This document shows positions 1 through 13,100 of a DNA stretch of 64,000 bases, in pieces. The stretch is from the NCBI GenBank assembly GCA_020137815.1, contig CM035356.1, positions 6,510,001 through 6,574,000 of the forward strand. Reading direction: 5' to 3'. The first letter of the stretch is position 1; every line of letters begins with the position of its first letter. The DNA comes from Hormiphora californensis (Eukaryota; Animalia; Ctenophora). The position numbers were made by a program, and so were the translations under genes. Below the pieces are notes generated by a model, which searched no databases, was not told the DNA's origin, and worked only from the letters and a program-made list of their open reading frames with translations.

Positions 1-3000
1 GTTAACGATGCTTGGATTAAACTGAACTACCTCAAGCCAAGCGATAGCAGTGATACCAGCTCTGTCACCACCCGAACTTTCTCTGTGTACAAGGTTGGTG
101 CATTCAGTTTAGATTCTGCATGCTGTGTGGGGCGGGTGGTGATCAGAGAGGGTCGTGCACGGCATGAACGGTGTTTGGGTACACCATCTTATATATGTAC
201 ATAATAAAGTTGCCATAGTAACTAGATGATTCGATCTAATATCCTCTTCTAACTAGGTTACAGTTGACTGGGACGAAGATACTGTCTCCTGGGATGACAT
301 CAAGGACAACTATGATTCCACTGCCCCTATTGGTGAGGGTGTTGTATCTGAGGATCAAGTTGGGGGAACTGCTGTCTGGGTACGTACCTTGTTGTTATCT
401 TCTGGTACCTTTATATTATTGTTATATGATTATCTTGTTATCTGATCTTGTTATTGCCCTGGATATTACAACATGGTTACCATAGTAACAGTGGTTCAGC
501 CCCTTCAAACCCTTCTTTATTATAGTCCCCTCTGATTTTTTACTGTGTATATTACTTTGTTTCATAACTTCACAGCCTCCTCCCCTACGTAGATCAACAT
601 TGCTGAAACGATCATCGACTGGGCGGAGAATGGAGTGACTGATAACTACGGTTTCGTCCTGGTTGATGATGACGAGAGTACTGCCAGTAGGGTTCCTCTC
701 TTCGCGCACGAGGACAACTCTGCCGATAACGAGCATCAACCTACCCTGGCGATCTGTAAAAAGAATATCATCACTACAAGTGAGTGGAATGTTGTGTGTG
801 TCTCCATATTTACCCGATTTATTCTATCCCATGGTTCTTTAACCACAAGCCCATTTTAACTCATGTTTGATACATTGTTCTAACCCATTTCTAACCAATA
901 AATCCCCCGTTTAGCATCGACTTCAACACCAACAGCTACTACTCTCACTACTTCTCCCACCACCTCAACAACTACACCAGTGTTCATCTCCGAGTGTGAA
1001 ATACCCACTGGTACGTACTGCAGAGTACACTGTACAGGGTGTAGAACTTTTTACTATTGTTTCACTACTAATTTCTGAGTATTATTGTTGGTTACCATGG
1101 TAACACACTCCATCGCTAACAGGTGGTAACAGGACTGTTATTGACTTGAAGAATTATCTGGTCATTCAGGATACACCACTTTCCGCGACCAACGAAAACT
1201 ACATCCAGATCGGTATGTGGTGTTGAATCAACTCTGTTGATATGTTCATGTTTTTCAGTTTGCGATCAAATTCAATTACTAATTCCTCTTCCTCCAATTA
1301 TCTAGGTAAGACCAGTACTGATGGAGAGAAGATCTTGCTGATCTACTTTGATATGAAGCAAGCCATGGAAGATGCTGGTCTGTCCACCAATATCGCTGTT
1401 ACAGACTCAAAGATGAATTTACGGTATGTTGCTCCTTCATAAACATAGTTTTGCTCCTTCATAAACACAGTTGTGCTCCTTCATAAACAAAGTTGTGCTC
1501 CTTCATAAACATAGTTGTGCTCCTTCATAAACACAGATGTGCTCCTTCATAAACACACCTATAATATAACACACCCATAATGTTGTAGATTGGTGGCTGA
1601 TGATGATGGTAATGATGCTACATTCAACCCTGGACATCTCACCATGTATCCCCTGAAGAAGGACTTCAACAATGAATCCACCTGGGATTACCCATGGATC
1701 CTGGAAGGTAATTAGTGGGCTGGGATAAGTGTATATGTCTCACGCCGATCTGAGGGCCATTGGGAGATCAAAACAGTTAACAGGGTCTGTGGGCGCTTAG
1801 TTTGGTTGTTATCCCCATGTCTCTCTCGGCCTCTAAACTAACACACCCTCTCTCTCTCCACCAGAACAAGGTCCAATTGCTGGAGTGGATTATTACAGTA
1901 CCGTGTACTCACAGTTCTCGAAGATGAGTACTAAACCGGAAACCGGCAAATGGCTACAGACCACTATCACTACCATGGTCCGATACATCTTCACTTCCAC
2001 CAACTACGCCAGAAACGATCACGGTTTCCTTTTCCGGTAAGTGAGCACAATACTAAGTATGACACGATACCAAATATGGCATGATACCAAATATGGCCAT
2101 ATATGGCACGATACCAAATATGGCACGATACCAAATATGGCATGATACCAAATATGCATATCTCCGCCATTTGACTAACATGGATAACTCCATTGTCATT
2201 ATAATTCTTCTTCAGATACGTGACTGAGGATGGCTCAGACCCCACCCACTTCCTGACCTTCGACTCACCAGAGTTCACTGACTCCGAATTCCACCCCTGG
2301 ATGGACATCTGTTATGTTAAGACGGAGGAACCAGCCCCTTGTGAGGATGGACAGGTATTTATATAGTAGCTAGTATTGTTAGAACCTGGGACATACCATC
2401 AACATGAGAGAGTCCCTGAAATTTAGGCACCCCTCTACCCCCACACCGCCATGACGTGTTCTAATTACCACTCTACCCCCACACGACCCTGCATTATAGT
2501 CCCCTCTACCCCCTTACCACGTCAGTGACGTCACGGTGTCATTATTCTAACCACCCCCCCCCCCTTTACTCCAGGTTATTATGTATACCGTTAATGCGGA
2601 TACTTACCTGGCTCAAGACGGTATAGTCCACGGTGAAGACCCGTACATGTATGTTGGTAACTCTGGATGGGATGGTTACACTCGGGCTCTCGTTGATTTC
2701 GATGTCTCATCTCTAGATGGCGATCTGGGTATGTTCATCTTCTCAATTATATGTGTCACCACTATTAGCTCTAAAAAATTTTAAAGAATATATCGCCCTG
2801 AAAAAGGCACTTTTTGTAACATTATAGTCCAACTGGTGAGCTGTTAGTTAACCAAATCAAATCAACTATCTCCACTATCCCAGAATCTTGTCCAATTCTG
2901 TTTCTGTCCACTCTCTCTACTTATCAACTATGCCTTTCCAGAATTGAACACGGAGGATACGAGTGTGTATCTGAGGTTGTGGTATGACGGTTCCATCATG

Positions 3001-4981
3001 GGTAAACCATACAACGATCCCAAACAGATGGACAGACATCTTGTTGCTCATCAGGTAAAGATAGTTTTAGATAGTTTCATATTCAATTAGATAGTTTTAG
3101 TTAATAATTTACTTATAATTGTCCCACCCCTTGCCCTCCTTCTAACCCCATCCCTCTTGTCCCCAGGTTGTAACTCAGTGGGAGGAGGACAGTGCCACCA
3201 ACAAGTATTCCAGTACCTCTGGCACCGATAAGATCGAGTGGAGTAGTGCCATGATGGGGGCCAAGGAGGATTACTTAGAGGATAAGGAGAGTGAGGTGTA
3301 CATCAGCGAGAGCGAGGGACCCATGGATGTCTGGGTGAGTTAATTAATTAGTTCTTAATTGGTTCTTAATTAGTTCTTAATTACCTCTTAATCAGTTCTT
3401 AAATAGATCTGAATTAGTGATAAGGTATTAGTTATTACAGACCTTTGTAATTCCACTAACTCACCCCTCTCCCCTCCTCAGTTCAACCTCACCTATCTCT
3501 TCACGGACTGGGTTAACGGAACCTCCTCGGATATGGGAGTGGTTATCAAAGATTCCCTTCACGAGAAGATCCCGGGATACTTCCTCAAATTCGGATCCAA
3601 TGATAACCCCGATGAAACTATGAGACCATACTTCTGGACCTGCCAGAAGAAGGGTATGTTTTATCATATCTATTTATTCATCCTCCAAATTAAGTGGTAG
3701 ATCTAATATTTATCCATCCTCCAACATCCTAACTGTTGTATGCCATTTGGTCTAACACGTGGCCTTCCAAAGTCTGTATCCTGAGTACCGAAATCCCTTT
3801 CCCATATTGTTAACCCCTCCCTCCCCCATATTGTTAACCCCCCCTCCCTCCCCCTGCAGCAACATGTGAACCTGTCGATGCGGAACCAAAAAATATCGAA
3901 GATTCCAAGGGCTGTGTATCGGTGTCCAATGTTACTCTTAACAACTGTGTTGCGAAGAATGGTCCTTGTCCCGATGAAGATGGAACTACTGCCCTCTCCG
4001 ATCTGGAGGGTTATACTTATGGAACAACTGCCATGTGGGATGAATTCCATCAGGTAACCATAGAAACAGGCTCGGGAGGTTTGGGGTAATAGAGATAGGG
4101 AGACAGACGGGTTAGACAGTAGATATAAGTTGAATTTTGTAATTTGTATCCTCTTTTAGAGCTTCTCTGACCATCTTCTTCCCTTCCCATCAGATGCAAT
4201 CTGCTTGTAAGTGCTGTGTAGAGACTGAAACCGAGATCATGGACATACCCATGGACTGCTCTGCTGTTGATGGGGAGAGCGACTACACCCTTCAAACGGT
4301 AATGTTAAAACCACAAGGATTTGTTCTGTCCTGTTTATAAAACCACAAGGATTTGTTCTGTCCTGTTTATAAAACCACAAGGATTTGTTCTGTCCTGTTT
4401 AAATAAAACCACAAGGATTTGTTCTATCCTGTTTATAAAACCACAAGGATTTGTTCTATCCTGTTTATAAAACCACAAGGATTTGTTCTGTCCTGTTTAT
4501 AAAACCACAAGGATTTGTTCTGTCCTGTTTATAAAATCACAAGGATTTGTTCTGTCCTGTTTATAAAACCACAAGGATTTGTTCTGTCCTGTTTATAAAA
4601 CCACAAGGATTTGTTCTATCCTGTTTATAAAACCACAAGGATTTGTTCTGTCCTGTTTATAAAACCACAAGGATTTGTTCTGTCCTGTTTATAAAATCAC
4701 AAGGATTTGTTCTGTCCTGTTTATAAAACCACAAGGATTTGTTCTGTCCTGTTCATAAAACCACAAGGATTTGTTCTGTCCTGTTTATAAAACCACAAGG
4801 ATTTGTTCTGTCCTGTTTATTATATGGTTCTCTAACCCCGTATCCTGTTCAGGTCAAGTACATCAAGGAATGCCAGTGCCAGAAATGCTCTATTGTATCG
4901 CAGAAACGAAAGAAGAGGTCAGCGCCTAGCAAGACTCGATTGCTCCTGCGATCAGCGCTGAAGTCAATTCTGCGAAAGTAA
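1..4981 (+). CDS. Secreted-type protein with >=3 tandem DNRLRE/CBM96-like (TGF-beta prodomain-like) domains, a Ser/Thr linker and a C-terminal cystine knot (CTCK); 5' end outside window
   Basis: About 16 GT-AG exons join in frame (1-93, 257-379, ~593-779, ~915-1010, ~1123-1211, ~1305-1422, ~1589-1707, ~1865-2035, ~2216-2353, ~2575-2728, ~2943-3054, ~3167-3334, ~3482-3653, ~3860-4052, ~4194-4298, 4853-4981). Motifs: DTYLAQD..YMYVG..RALVDFDVSSL, WDEDTVSW, W-INIAETIIDWAENGVTDNYGFVL..QPTLAIC. Cys pattern GCVS..NNC..PC..CKCC..MDC..IKECQCQKC, then RKKR. Confidence 0.75.
1428..1556 (+). repeat. Intronic tandem repeat, ~22-bp unit (gtgctccttcataaacacagtt), ~6 copies
   Basis: Directly visible; begins right after the splice donor. 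Confidence 0.85.
4307..4820 (+). repeat. Intronic minisatellite, 32-bp unit aaaaccacaaggatttgttctgtcctgtttat, ~16 copies
   Basis: Near-identical tandem copies fill the last intron of gene 1. Confidence 0.95.
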
Positions 4982-5622
4982 TTAGGAGATATTTTGTGAA
5001 TTTGTGACCTATAAGACTGAGAGTTTGAGAGCGAGATTGATTTAGATTAAATTGACCCAAACAACTGTTAAAGTTTTTTCGCTGTATTATTATACGTATA
5101 AGTTTTGTGAGTGTATGAATTTTTGCTAAAAGTGTAAAGGATTTGTTAGACTGAACTGTGTGAGTGTATTTAAAACTGAAAGAAACTGTGCCCTCGTTCT
5201 AATTCATTTTACAGCGAAAATATTATCGTGTTCATATTCGTACGTATTCGTTACAAAATTATCGAAAGTATCTCCTATGCATATGACCTCTTCTCGATCT
5301 CCTGCTCCAGCTCAGTGGTTTAAAAACTGGATCGGAGCTCCATCGACAATCGGGCATGGAGCCCGAGCAGGGTCCAGGGAGCTCCATGGACCATGCCCCA
5401 TGCATGGAGAGTGGAGAAATTATCACTAATATTTGCTGTCGGGCCAATTCTATGACCACAGTTTTAGTGAGAATAGGGTGAGGCCAATGCTCTGACAGGA
5501 TATGAATGTATACGTTTTAGATAAGATTTGTATGGAGCGCGCGTAAAATAATACTCTCTACGGCGTATGTTGATTGCGCGCCGCGAAGTAACTTGGATCG
5601 AAAAAGTCCCACTGCACTTTCA

Positions 5623-5776
5623 AATGAGGCCCCTCGGAAATGTTCAAGTCATGCACAATCAAGTCACGCCCACCAATCACAGCTCAGAACGCGCGGAGTG
5701 CTTCGCGCGTTCTGAGCTGTGATTGGTGGGCGTGACTTGATTGTGCATGACTTGAACATTTCCGAGGGGCCTCATT
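5623..5776. mobile_element. Near-perfect palindrome (hairpin MITE-like), ~72-bp arms
   Basis: aatgaggcccctcggaaatg...gaacgcgcg is mirrored by cgcgcgttc...catttccgaggggcctcatt. Confidence 0.8.
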
Positions 5777-6082
5777 GGACAGTCGCGACTTTTGTTTTCA
5801 CTTTTCAAAAAGTTTTTAAATGGGTTGAAAAGTGCGTTGCCAATTAAATGGGTGTTCCGCGTTTGTCGATAAACATATTAATACAGTGAACATACATAAA
5901 CGGATTTTCTTGTAATTATCTTCCATTTCAGATTGAAATTTTCAACCTAAATTCTGCCGTTGGGCGATCCGCAGTTTTCCCCGGTTCGGCGTTTGAATTT
6001 TGATGCTACTGCCAACTCGTGCAGAGTGTGCAATCGTAAAACCTTGATTAAATACATTATATTACATCTTGTCTAGGTAAAA

Positions 6083-7998
6083 ATGGCTTTAAACTGGATT
6101 AAAGACGTCTTCACGGACCAGAGAATCCTCTCAGCCACCGGTAATCACTGCCACCTGCCTTTCAAGTTGTGTTTGATCTAGCTCTTTTTTTTAAAAAAAC
6201 ATGTTTTTCAACTTGAATTATTTTCAAATGTACTGTCTTTCCCAGTTTGTGGAGCTGCTATTGGTGCCAGCGTTGTGTATACCCTCACCAAGCCCGAGAA
6301 GAAACGTGGCGGATCAAATGAGAACAGTAAATGGGATAAGAAGCCCCTTCGGGACTACTGCATCAAACACACCAACATTATCGAACCGAAACCCCTGGTC
6401 CTCCTCCGGCAGAAAACTGCTGTACATGAGCGAGGGATCATGGAGTCGACACATGATGTAGGACAACTTCTAGTGTTACTAATGAGAATGACCAACGCTA
6501 AAAATGTTCTCGAGGTTGGAACGTTCACTGGTAAGTTTATAATAGAAACTGTATTTGGTCTACTGCATTAAGTCTACTATATATGTCAGTTATAAGTCAC
6601 TAGTATGAGTTACCATTTACGACCTTTTGTCAACCAATATGTCAAGATAGGATGAGAGAACCGCTATGAATGGCAATTGCTCTTCGAACCAATCGAGAGT
6701 ACTTGTCTATTTAGTCGGTATATAAATCCATTTTGTTGTTGTTGTTGTTGTTTTATTTGTTATTCGTTCGCTGGTAAATTTATTGTTGACATCTCAAATC
6801 TCAACTCCAACCCATTTTTTCAGGTGTTGCTCTTCTCAAGATGGCATATGAACTGCCTAAGGATGGAAAAGCTTACGCTATGGATGTCAGTGACGAATAC
6901 TGTAATGTTGGAAAACCGTTCATGGAAATGGCTGGATTAAGGGACCAGGTCAGTAATTGCCTAGCTAGACTGTGTTTCGGGCAGGGTTAGAACATAACAC
7001 GTCAGTAATTGATATATTTCTAGATTTCTATACTTTGAGTCTTATTCCACTTTTCAAGTTAAAGATTGTATTCCACTGTAACATTAGCTTTATTCAGATT
7101 GAGTATATCATTGGGCCTGCCGTGGATTCCCTAGCCGCCCTCTCCGCTAAGGGCCTCAATGGAACTATCGATGTCATCTTCATTGACGCTGACAAGGTAT
7201 CAGTAACCAATCATATATGATCATGCATAACAATTGTTTCAACAAATGTGGGGCTTGTCGCCCAGATGTGTATTTACAGAACTTGACTCATACAATTCAC
7301 TGTCACCCTCAATAAATAGTTGATGATCATGCAACACCAGCAATTCAGAAACTGTTGTTTATCAAGATCTGTATACACTCAAACCCCGATTTATTTACCC
7401 TAAACCTCGGGAGACTAATATGTATCTCAACTGCATATTGATTCAATAACTAACCCCCCTCCCCCCAGGGAAACTACCCCAACTACTTGAAGGCATGCCT
7501 GGAACTCCTCACACCTGGAGGTTGCATTGTTTTTGATAATTCAACCTTCGCAGGGAGGGTCCTCCTCCCCGAGCTAAAGGTATTGTTGTCCAGCTTGATA
7601 TACGAGTCTCATAATAATGATAATATCAATTGTCCATATACTCCATATATAATTTACTTTTTCTTTTATGCCGGGAAGCAAGTTTTTTTTTGGGTTCATA
7701 AGTTTCCGTTCTAGTAGTACATACTGTACTTGGGGGGGGGGGGGGGGGGGTCGCGGAGAATGATGTTTGACACGGGTAGTAAAAAGTCGTGGTTTCAAGC
7801 TTTCACCTTGTGGCTTCATTCAGGAACTCGAATTAATTTGTTTAAAGTATCAACTACATATATTTACACCTCCCCCTTCAGGAGCCGTGTAATCACATTG
7901 ACACAGTAAACAAGACGGCCATGACACTACCAGGGGTAACCTCCCTACTGCTGGATATCGGGGATGGGTGCCTTGTCATCAGGAAAGATATGAAGTAG
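6083..7998 (+). CDS. Class I SAM-dependent O-methyltransferase (COMTD1/caffeoyl-CoA OMT family) with N-terminal membrane anchor
   Basis: Exons 6083-6140, 6246-6530, ~6824-6948, ~7098-7196, ~7469-7579, 7882-7998. Motifs GQLL..L.RMTNAKNVLEVGTFTG, GPAVDSL, IDVIFIDADK.NY, LL.PGGCIVFDN, LLDIGDGCLVIRK. Confidence 0.92.
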
Positions 7999-8025
7999 AT
8001 AACACGGAGTAACAAGGATGTGTAG

Positions 8026-8109
8026 CAGGAACCTGATTGGCTGATAACCAGTCACGTGACCTAAATAACGAGTTCTGATTGGCTGTTTACTTGTGTCGGT
8101 CGGTTCCTG
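8026..8109. mobile_element. Truncated copy of the ~109-bp CAGGAACCGACCGA-TIR MITE
   Basis: Shares ctgattggctgataaccagtcacgtgacctaaataacgagttctgattgg...gtcggtcggttcctg with copies at 21239 and ~52079. Confidence 0.8.
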
Positions 8110-8553
8110 ATAACACATCACAAGGATGTGTAGATAACACACGAGAGTGAGATATGTTTTGGTATCACAAAATATTGTGGTTCTGTATAATTATGACTGA
8201 TCTATAATTTATAGCTTTGTTCTTTATCATGTATACAGTTACTTTTAACTACTTTTAAATTTGTCGGGTTGAGTCAGCAATTTTTAGAGTTTTATGTTTG
8301 ACATATGTTGGTGTATCGATTATTATCTAGTATGGAGTATCGATTATTATTTACTAGTATCTAGCTTAATTTCAATAACTTCAATAATTTATCAGCTTTA
8401 ACTTCAAAAGAAATATAATTTACCCGCCTATATAATGTGTCTAATATACAAATTACACAAGAACACCTCTTACACACACACTAGTACATCCTCTAATCCC
8501 CAATTAACCCTCTGCAAGAGCTCTCTAACACTAGCTCCTTATTAATAGAGATT

Positions 8554-9769
8554 ATGTCGGGGACGGTGTGGCCAGACTGGTGTGCTATACCTACATGCAT
8601 GGCCATGTTCTACCGACAGCGCGGAAATGGATCTAAACTAAAACGGCCCTTTAGGGTGCTAGTTAATGTTCCCACAGATCGGAAAGTGATGAAGAAATGG
8701 AAGAAGATTTGTGATTGGGATGGTTATCTGAGGTTCCATGACCACGAGGGACCACTTCGCGTCTGTTCTGATCATTTCAAGTAAGCTTCTAGCACTTCTT
8801 GTATGTTCTGATCATTTCAAGTAAGCTTCTAGCACTTTGATTAAATAACTTCAAGTATTTACCGACCATTCACAACGTTTTTCAAACCCCTTTCCCTCAT
8901 CGTTATCTCTATCTGGTTGTTTCTCCTGCTAATTTAAACCACATTTCTCGACCCTGTTTCACCGCACACAAATGTAAAGGAGTGTTAGAGCATAACAAGC
9001 TAAACCACACTTCTCTCAGGATAAGTCAGTTCAACAAAGAATTCATCCAAGAAGCATACGAGTTTATACGGGCGGTATACCATGAATGCGAGGGGTTGCC
9101 ATATGAATTAATTTTTAGTATACTGAGGGATCAACCATATATTTTTAATGAGAGGATCGTTAAAGATGATGCTCTACCCACCCTCCTTTTGGGGTCATGG
9201 GACCGCGAGAAATTGAAGAAAGGTACATTTCACCCGTATGCCTTTGCAAAAAGGCATAGTGGTTTAGAAATCTGTAACGGACATAGTGATTATGAACTAT
9301 TAACCAATTGATCTAACTAATTGCTCTCTCTCCCTCTCTCTCTCTCTCTCTCCCTTTAGAGCCGCTGACTAAAGATCAAATCTGTGAGTTGGACAGAGAA
9401 GAGCTGGAAGAGTGTGGATTGGGTGAATTCACCAAGGAATGGTTTCCAGGAGTTCCCGGTAATAAATTATGTAGGGGCTCTGGTGTTTTTTGGTAAAACA
9501 AATCTATCTGCAGATTGGAGATTGCCGATGGGTCAATTAATGAAATCACATCTAATATTTCTGATACCTGATCCCCCCTCCCAGATTCTGACGAAGAAAG
9601 AGAGAATTATAGTGAAAGTGAAGATGAAAGTGAAGATGAAGACGAAAATGAAAGCGAAAGTGAAAGTGAAAGTAAAACTAAAACTAAAGGTGAAGGTGAT
9701 GATGATGGTTGGGTTACAGACAGTGATGGTTGGGTAACGGACAAAGAAAATGAAGACGAGGCTGATTAG
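8554..9769 (+). CDS. THAP-type (C2CH) zinc-finger protein with acidic C-terminal tail
   Basis: Exon 1 (8554-8780) reads WCAIPTC...VPTD..MKKW...LRVCSDHF. Exon 2 (~9020-9222) supplies the AVPTIF-like box KDDALPTL. Further exons ~9360-9457, ~9514-9530, ~9584-9769 (D/E-rich, TAG). Confidence 0.72.
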
Positions 9770-10111
9770 AAACGGACAATTTTTAACAAACAACAATTTT
9801 TATCAGTTTTTAACACCCATTTTTAAATCTTAACTTTTAATCAACATATCTTTTAACCATCATTTTTATTTTCTATTAACCAACTTATTCGTACAGTACA
9901 CTATTACATACTAATTTATTTTAAATTATCATTTAACAGAATCTTGTTTCAATGGTTTGGAAATAGAGATTATCCCATTATTCCAAAGTGCAACTCTTCC
10001 AGCAACTCCCTCTGACTAGTTTCATTCTAAAGTGTCACACTCTCCCTATCGCTATAGCTAGTTTTGTTCTAAAGTGTCACACTCTCCCTCTCGATATAGC
10101 GTGTATACTGT

Positions 10112-13100
10112 ATGCCCAAGACCAGCACTCCAAAATGGGTATGTTGCTTGGTGGGGTGCAAGGAGAACAGGGGTAGACCTTTGGACTGGAAAGAGAGGGA
10201 ATCACATCGCACACTTCACAGGTACTGCAGTCAGACTCCGATTTACCGGGCAAAACCTCGCTCCCGCGAGCATCCCGGTAAATCTGGGGTTCGAATTTCG
10301 ACCCCACTCCGACTGATAGTTGAATTTGACGACAACCGGTTAATAATATTTTTCCCTGACTGACAAAGCTCCTCGATATTTTCAGGAATTCTGGGTTGCC
10401 CGAAGATGGATTTATTAGATACCACGGTCACAACCAAGTACCCGCCCGGAAGAGTCCATCTAGCCATCCTGCAATGATATTATCGTCCAGTTTAGAGGAT
10501 TTCGAGAATTCTCCCATTGCTTCTCAAACTATTCAGCGGAGTAACCAACGGCAACCACCTCAACTACTCCTTCATAAAAACAGTAATCCCCCATGGCGGA
10601 CCTATCAAGAAAGATCTCTAAATCACATACGATCTACACCGAGAAGCTCTCAAGATGATGCGATAGATGTCGAGAGTACTCTTTCTGCTGTTTCTTTAGT
10701 CCCTGCCTCTCCCCTTGGACATCCGTTCCCCGGTCTACCTTCTTTTAATACCTCCTCAATCCCACCTGTTCTACCTACCACCATCATGGACTCTGCTACC
10801 AAGACACCCATCCCCACTACTACAGAGCCACAAGGTGATCCAACCAATCATTTAGTACCGTACACAGCTCCAATTCTGGAGTCCTTTTCTGGTGTATGGG
10901 GAAGTGAATCTCCTACTAATGAGGAGAGGAATCCTAATCAGAACCCTGAGTTTGCGAGGTTGGAAGAAGCACTTCGAAAGATAAAAGAAAGAGGTAAAAT
11001 CCAAACAAGTTTCAAAGTCAATTATTTTCCTAGTTGTACTAGGTGAACCGGTCAAATTCCTGTCCAATTCACCAGTGTTATATACGTTTCAGGTACCAAT
11101 AAGGGGAGGAATTATAGTCGTTCTATAAAACAAACGGATATCGAACAGGCGAGGCACGAACTAATGCTAGCGTGTGAAACAACTGCTGACCTTGAGAGTC
11201 TTCCCCCACCATTTTACTGGAAGGTAAGAAACATTGGGGGCCGTGGGGGGGGGGGGGGGGGGCGGTGGTTCAACCTAAAAATTTCGATTTCGATCTGCCA
11301 AAATCAGAGTATCGATCGAAAATTTTCGAACTACATTTACAATTTCGAAAAATTTCCAATTAAATTGCCATGAATTTCGAATAATTACGATTTACCAAAA
11401 AGTGAGTATCGATCGAATTTTTAGGGCTGAACCCCTCCCCCCCCCCCCATCATTTAGTTATTGCACCAGCTACCTATAAACATGATAAAGCTGAAAAACA
11501 ATATACCATCTTCTAAGCCTCTGAGTACCTCATTTCTTCCAGGTCGGCCCCGGGGACACTCAAAACGTCTTCATTTCCTGTACCATATGTCCTGACCGTT
11601 TAAAGAAGGTTAAGATCCCAGTGAACTCTCGGCATCAAGGACTCCGGTTGGGGTCGTGGTCAGCTACCATTCAACATTTATCTAGACATGCCTCGAAGGA
11701 GAGATCGAAACATATGGATCGCGCAAGGCTGATTGAAGCTGATCAAAGGTAACTGATATTTCTAATAATTGCAGCCTCTCCAGTCTCCAACTTTTCTAAA
11801 AAGTTTCAAACTAAACATTGCAATTTTTATCTGACTATTTTCACAGGTGTGGGGAGGAGGACCAGGAAGGAGAGTCCAGGAATACTGGCTCAGACACAAC
11901 ACAAGAAAACCTAACACCAGAGTTGATAGACCTGCGAAATGATGTTGGCCCTGCTGGCGAGGATCAGGACAATGTTCCTGTGAACTCTCCATCTGTTCCT
12001 GTGAACTCTCAATCTGTTCCAGTGAACTCTCCATCTGTTCCTGTGAACTCTCCATCTGTTCCTGTGAACTCTCCATATGTTCCTGTGAACTCTCCATCTG
12101 TTCCTGTGAACTCTCTATCTGTTCCTGTGAACTCTCCATCTGTTCCTGTGAACTCTCCATCTGTTCCTGTGAACTCTCCATCTGTTCCTGTAAACTCTCC
12201 ATCTGTTCCTGTGAACTCTCCATCTGTTCCTGTGAACTCTCCATCAGTTCCTGTGAACTCTCCATCTGTTCCTGTGAACTCTCCATCTGTTCCTGTAAAC
12301 TCTCCATCTGTTCTTGTGAACTCTCCATCTGTTCCTGTGAACTCTCCATCTGTTCCTGTGAACTCTCCATCTGTTCCTGTGAACTCTCCATCTGTTCCTG
12401 TGAACTCTCCATCTGTTCCTGTGAACTCTCCATCTGTTCCTGTGAACTCTCCCCCTGTGAACTCTCCATCTGTTCCTGTGAACTCTCCATATGTTCCTGT
12501 GAACTCTCCATCTGTTCCTGTGAACTCTCTATCTGTTCCTGTGAACTCTCCATCTGTTCCTGTGAACTCTCCATCTGTTCCTGTGAACTCTCCATCTGTT
12601 CCTGTAAACTCTCCATCTGTTCCTGTGAACTCTCCATCTGTGAACTCTCCATCTGTTCCTGTGAACTCTCCATCTGTTCCTGTGAACACTCCGGCTGTAG
12701 CTGTCCCGGCTGTAAACCCTCCAGCTCCCTCTACAGTTAACCCTCCAGTTATTACAGTTAACCCTCCACTGATCGAGATTGAGGATGATGATATTCAGAT
12801 ACTGGATCTCAAAACAGAGCCAATTGTCGTTCCAATAGACATAGAACCTAATCAGGGGGAGTCCCGAGCGAGAAAGATGCTCTCAGCAAGAAAGAACACG
12901 GCGACATCAAAACCCATAGGTTTTTATACTGGAATTCCGAGGGCAGCGACGAAGCAAGCTCCGACGCACTATAGTGATTCTTCTTCTTCTTCAAGTGACT
13001 CAAGTCCAGAGAAAACTCAGAATCTAAAAACCCACAGCCCTCCGACTACTGGAAGATTGTTCAACGGAGCATCAGCAATAATGACACAAATTAGCTCCAT

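Noticed and set aside
4307-4820. 32-bp repeat array resembling CRISPR repeat length (also 19342-19708 and 25200-27760)
   Set aside because: Head-to-tail repeats with no unique spacers, in a eukaryotic intron/transposon context, with no cas genes
7945-8142. ORFs containing EPTDTSKQPIRTRYLGHVTGYQPIR (also 21231-21455, 52133-52345)
   Set aside because: Translation of a dispersed ~109-bp MITE, not a protein domain
11762-12689. Antisense ORFs MESSQEQ-repeat (303 aa) and FTGTDGE-repeat (226 aa)
   Set aside because: Alternative frames of the stop-free 21-bp repeat; only the + frame connects to flanking exons
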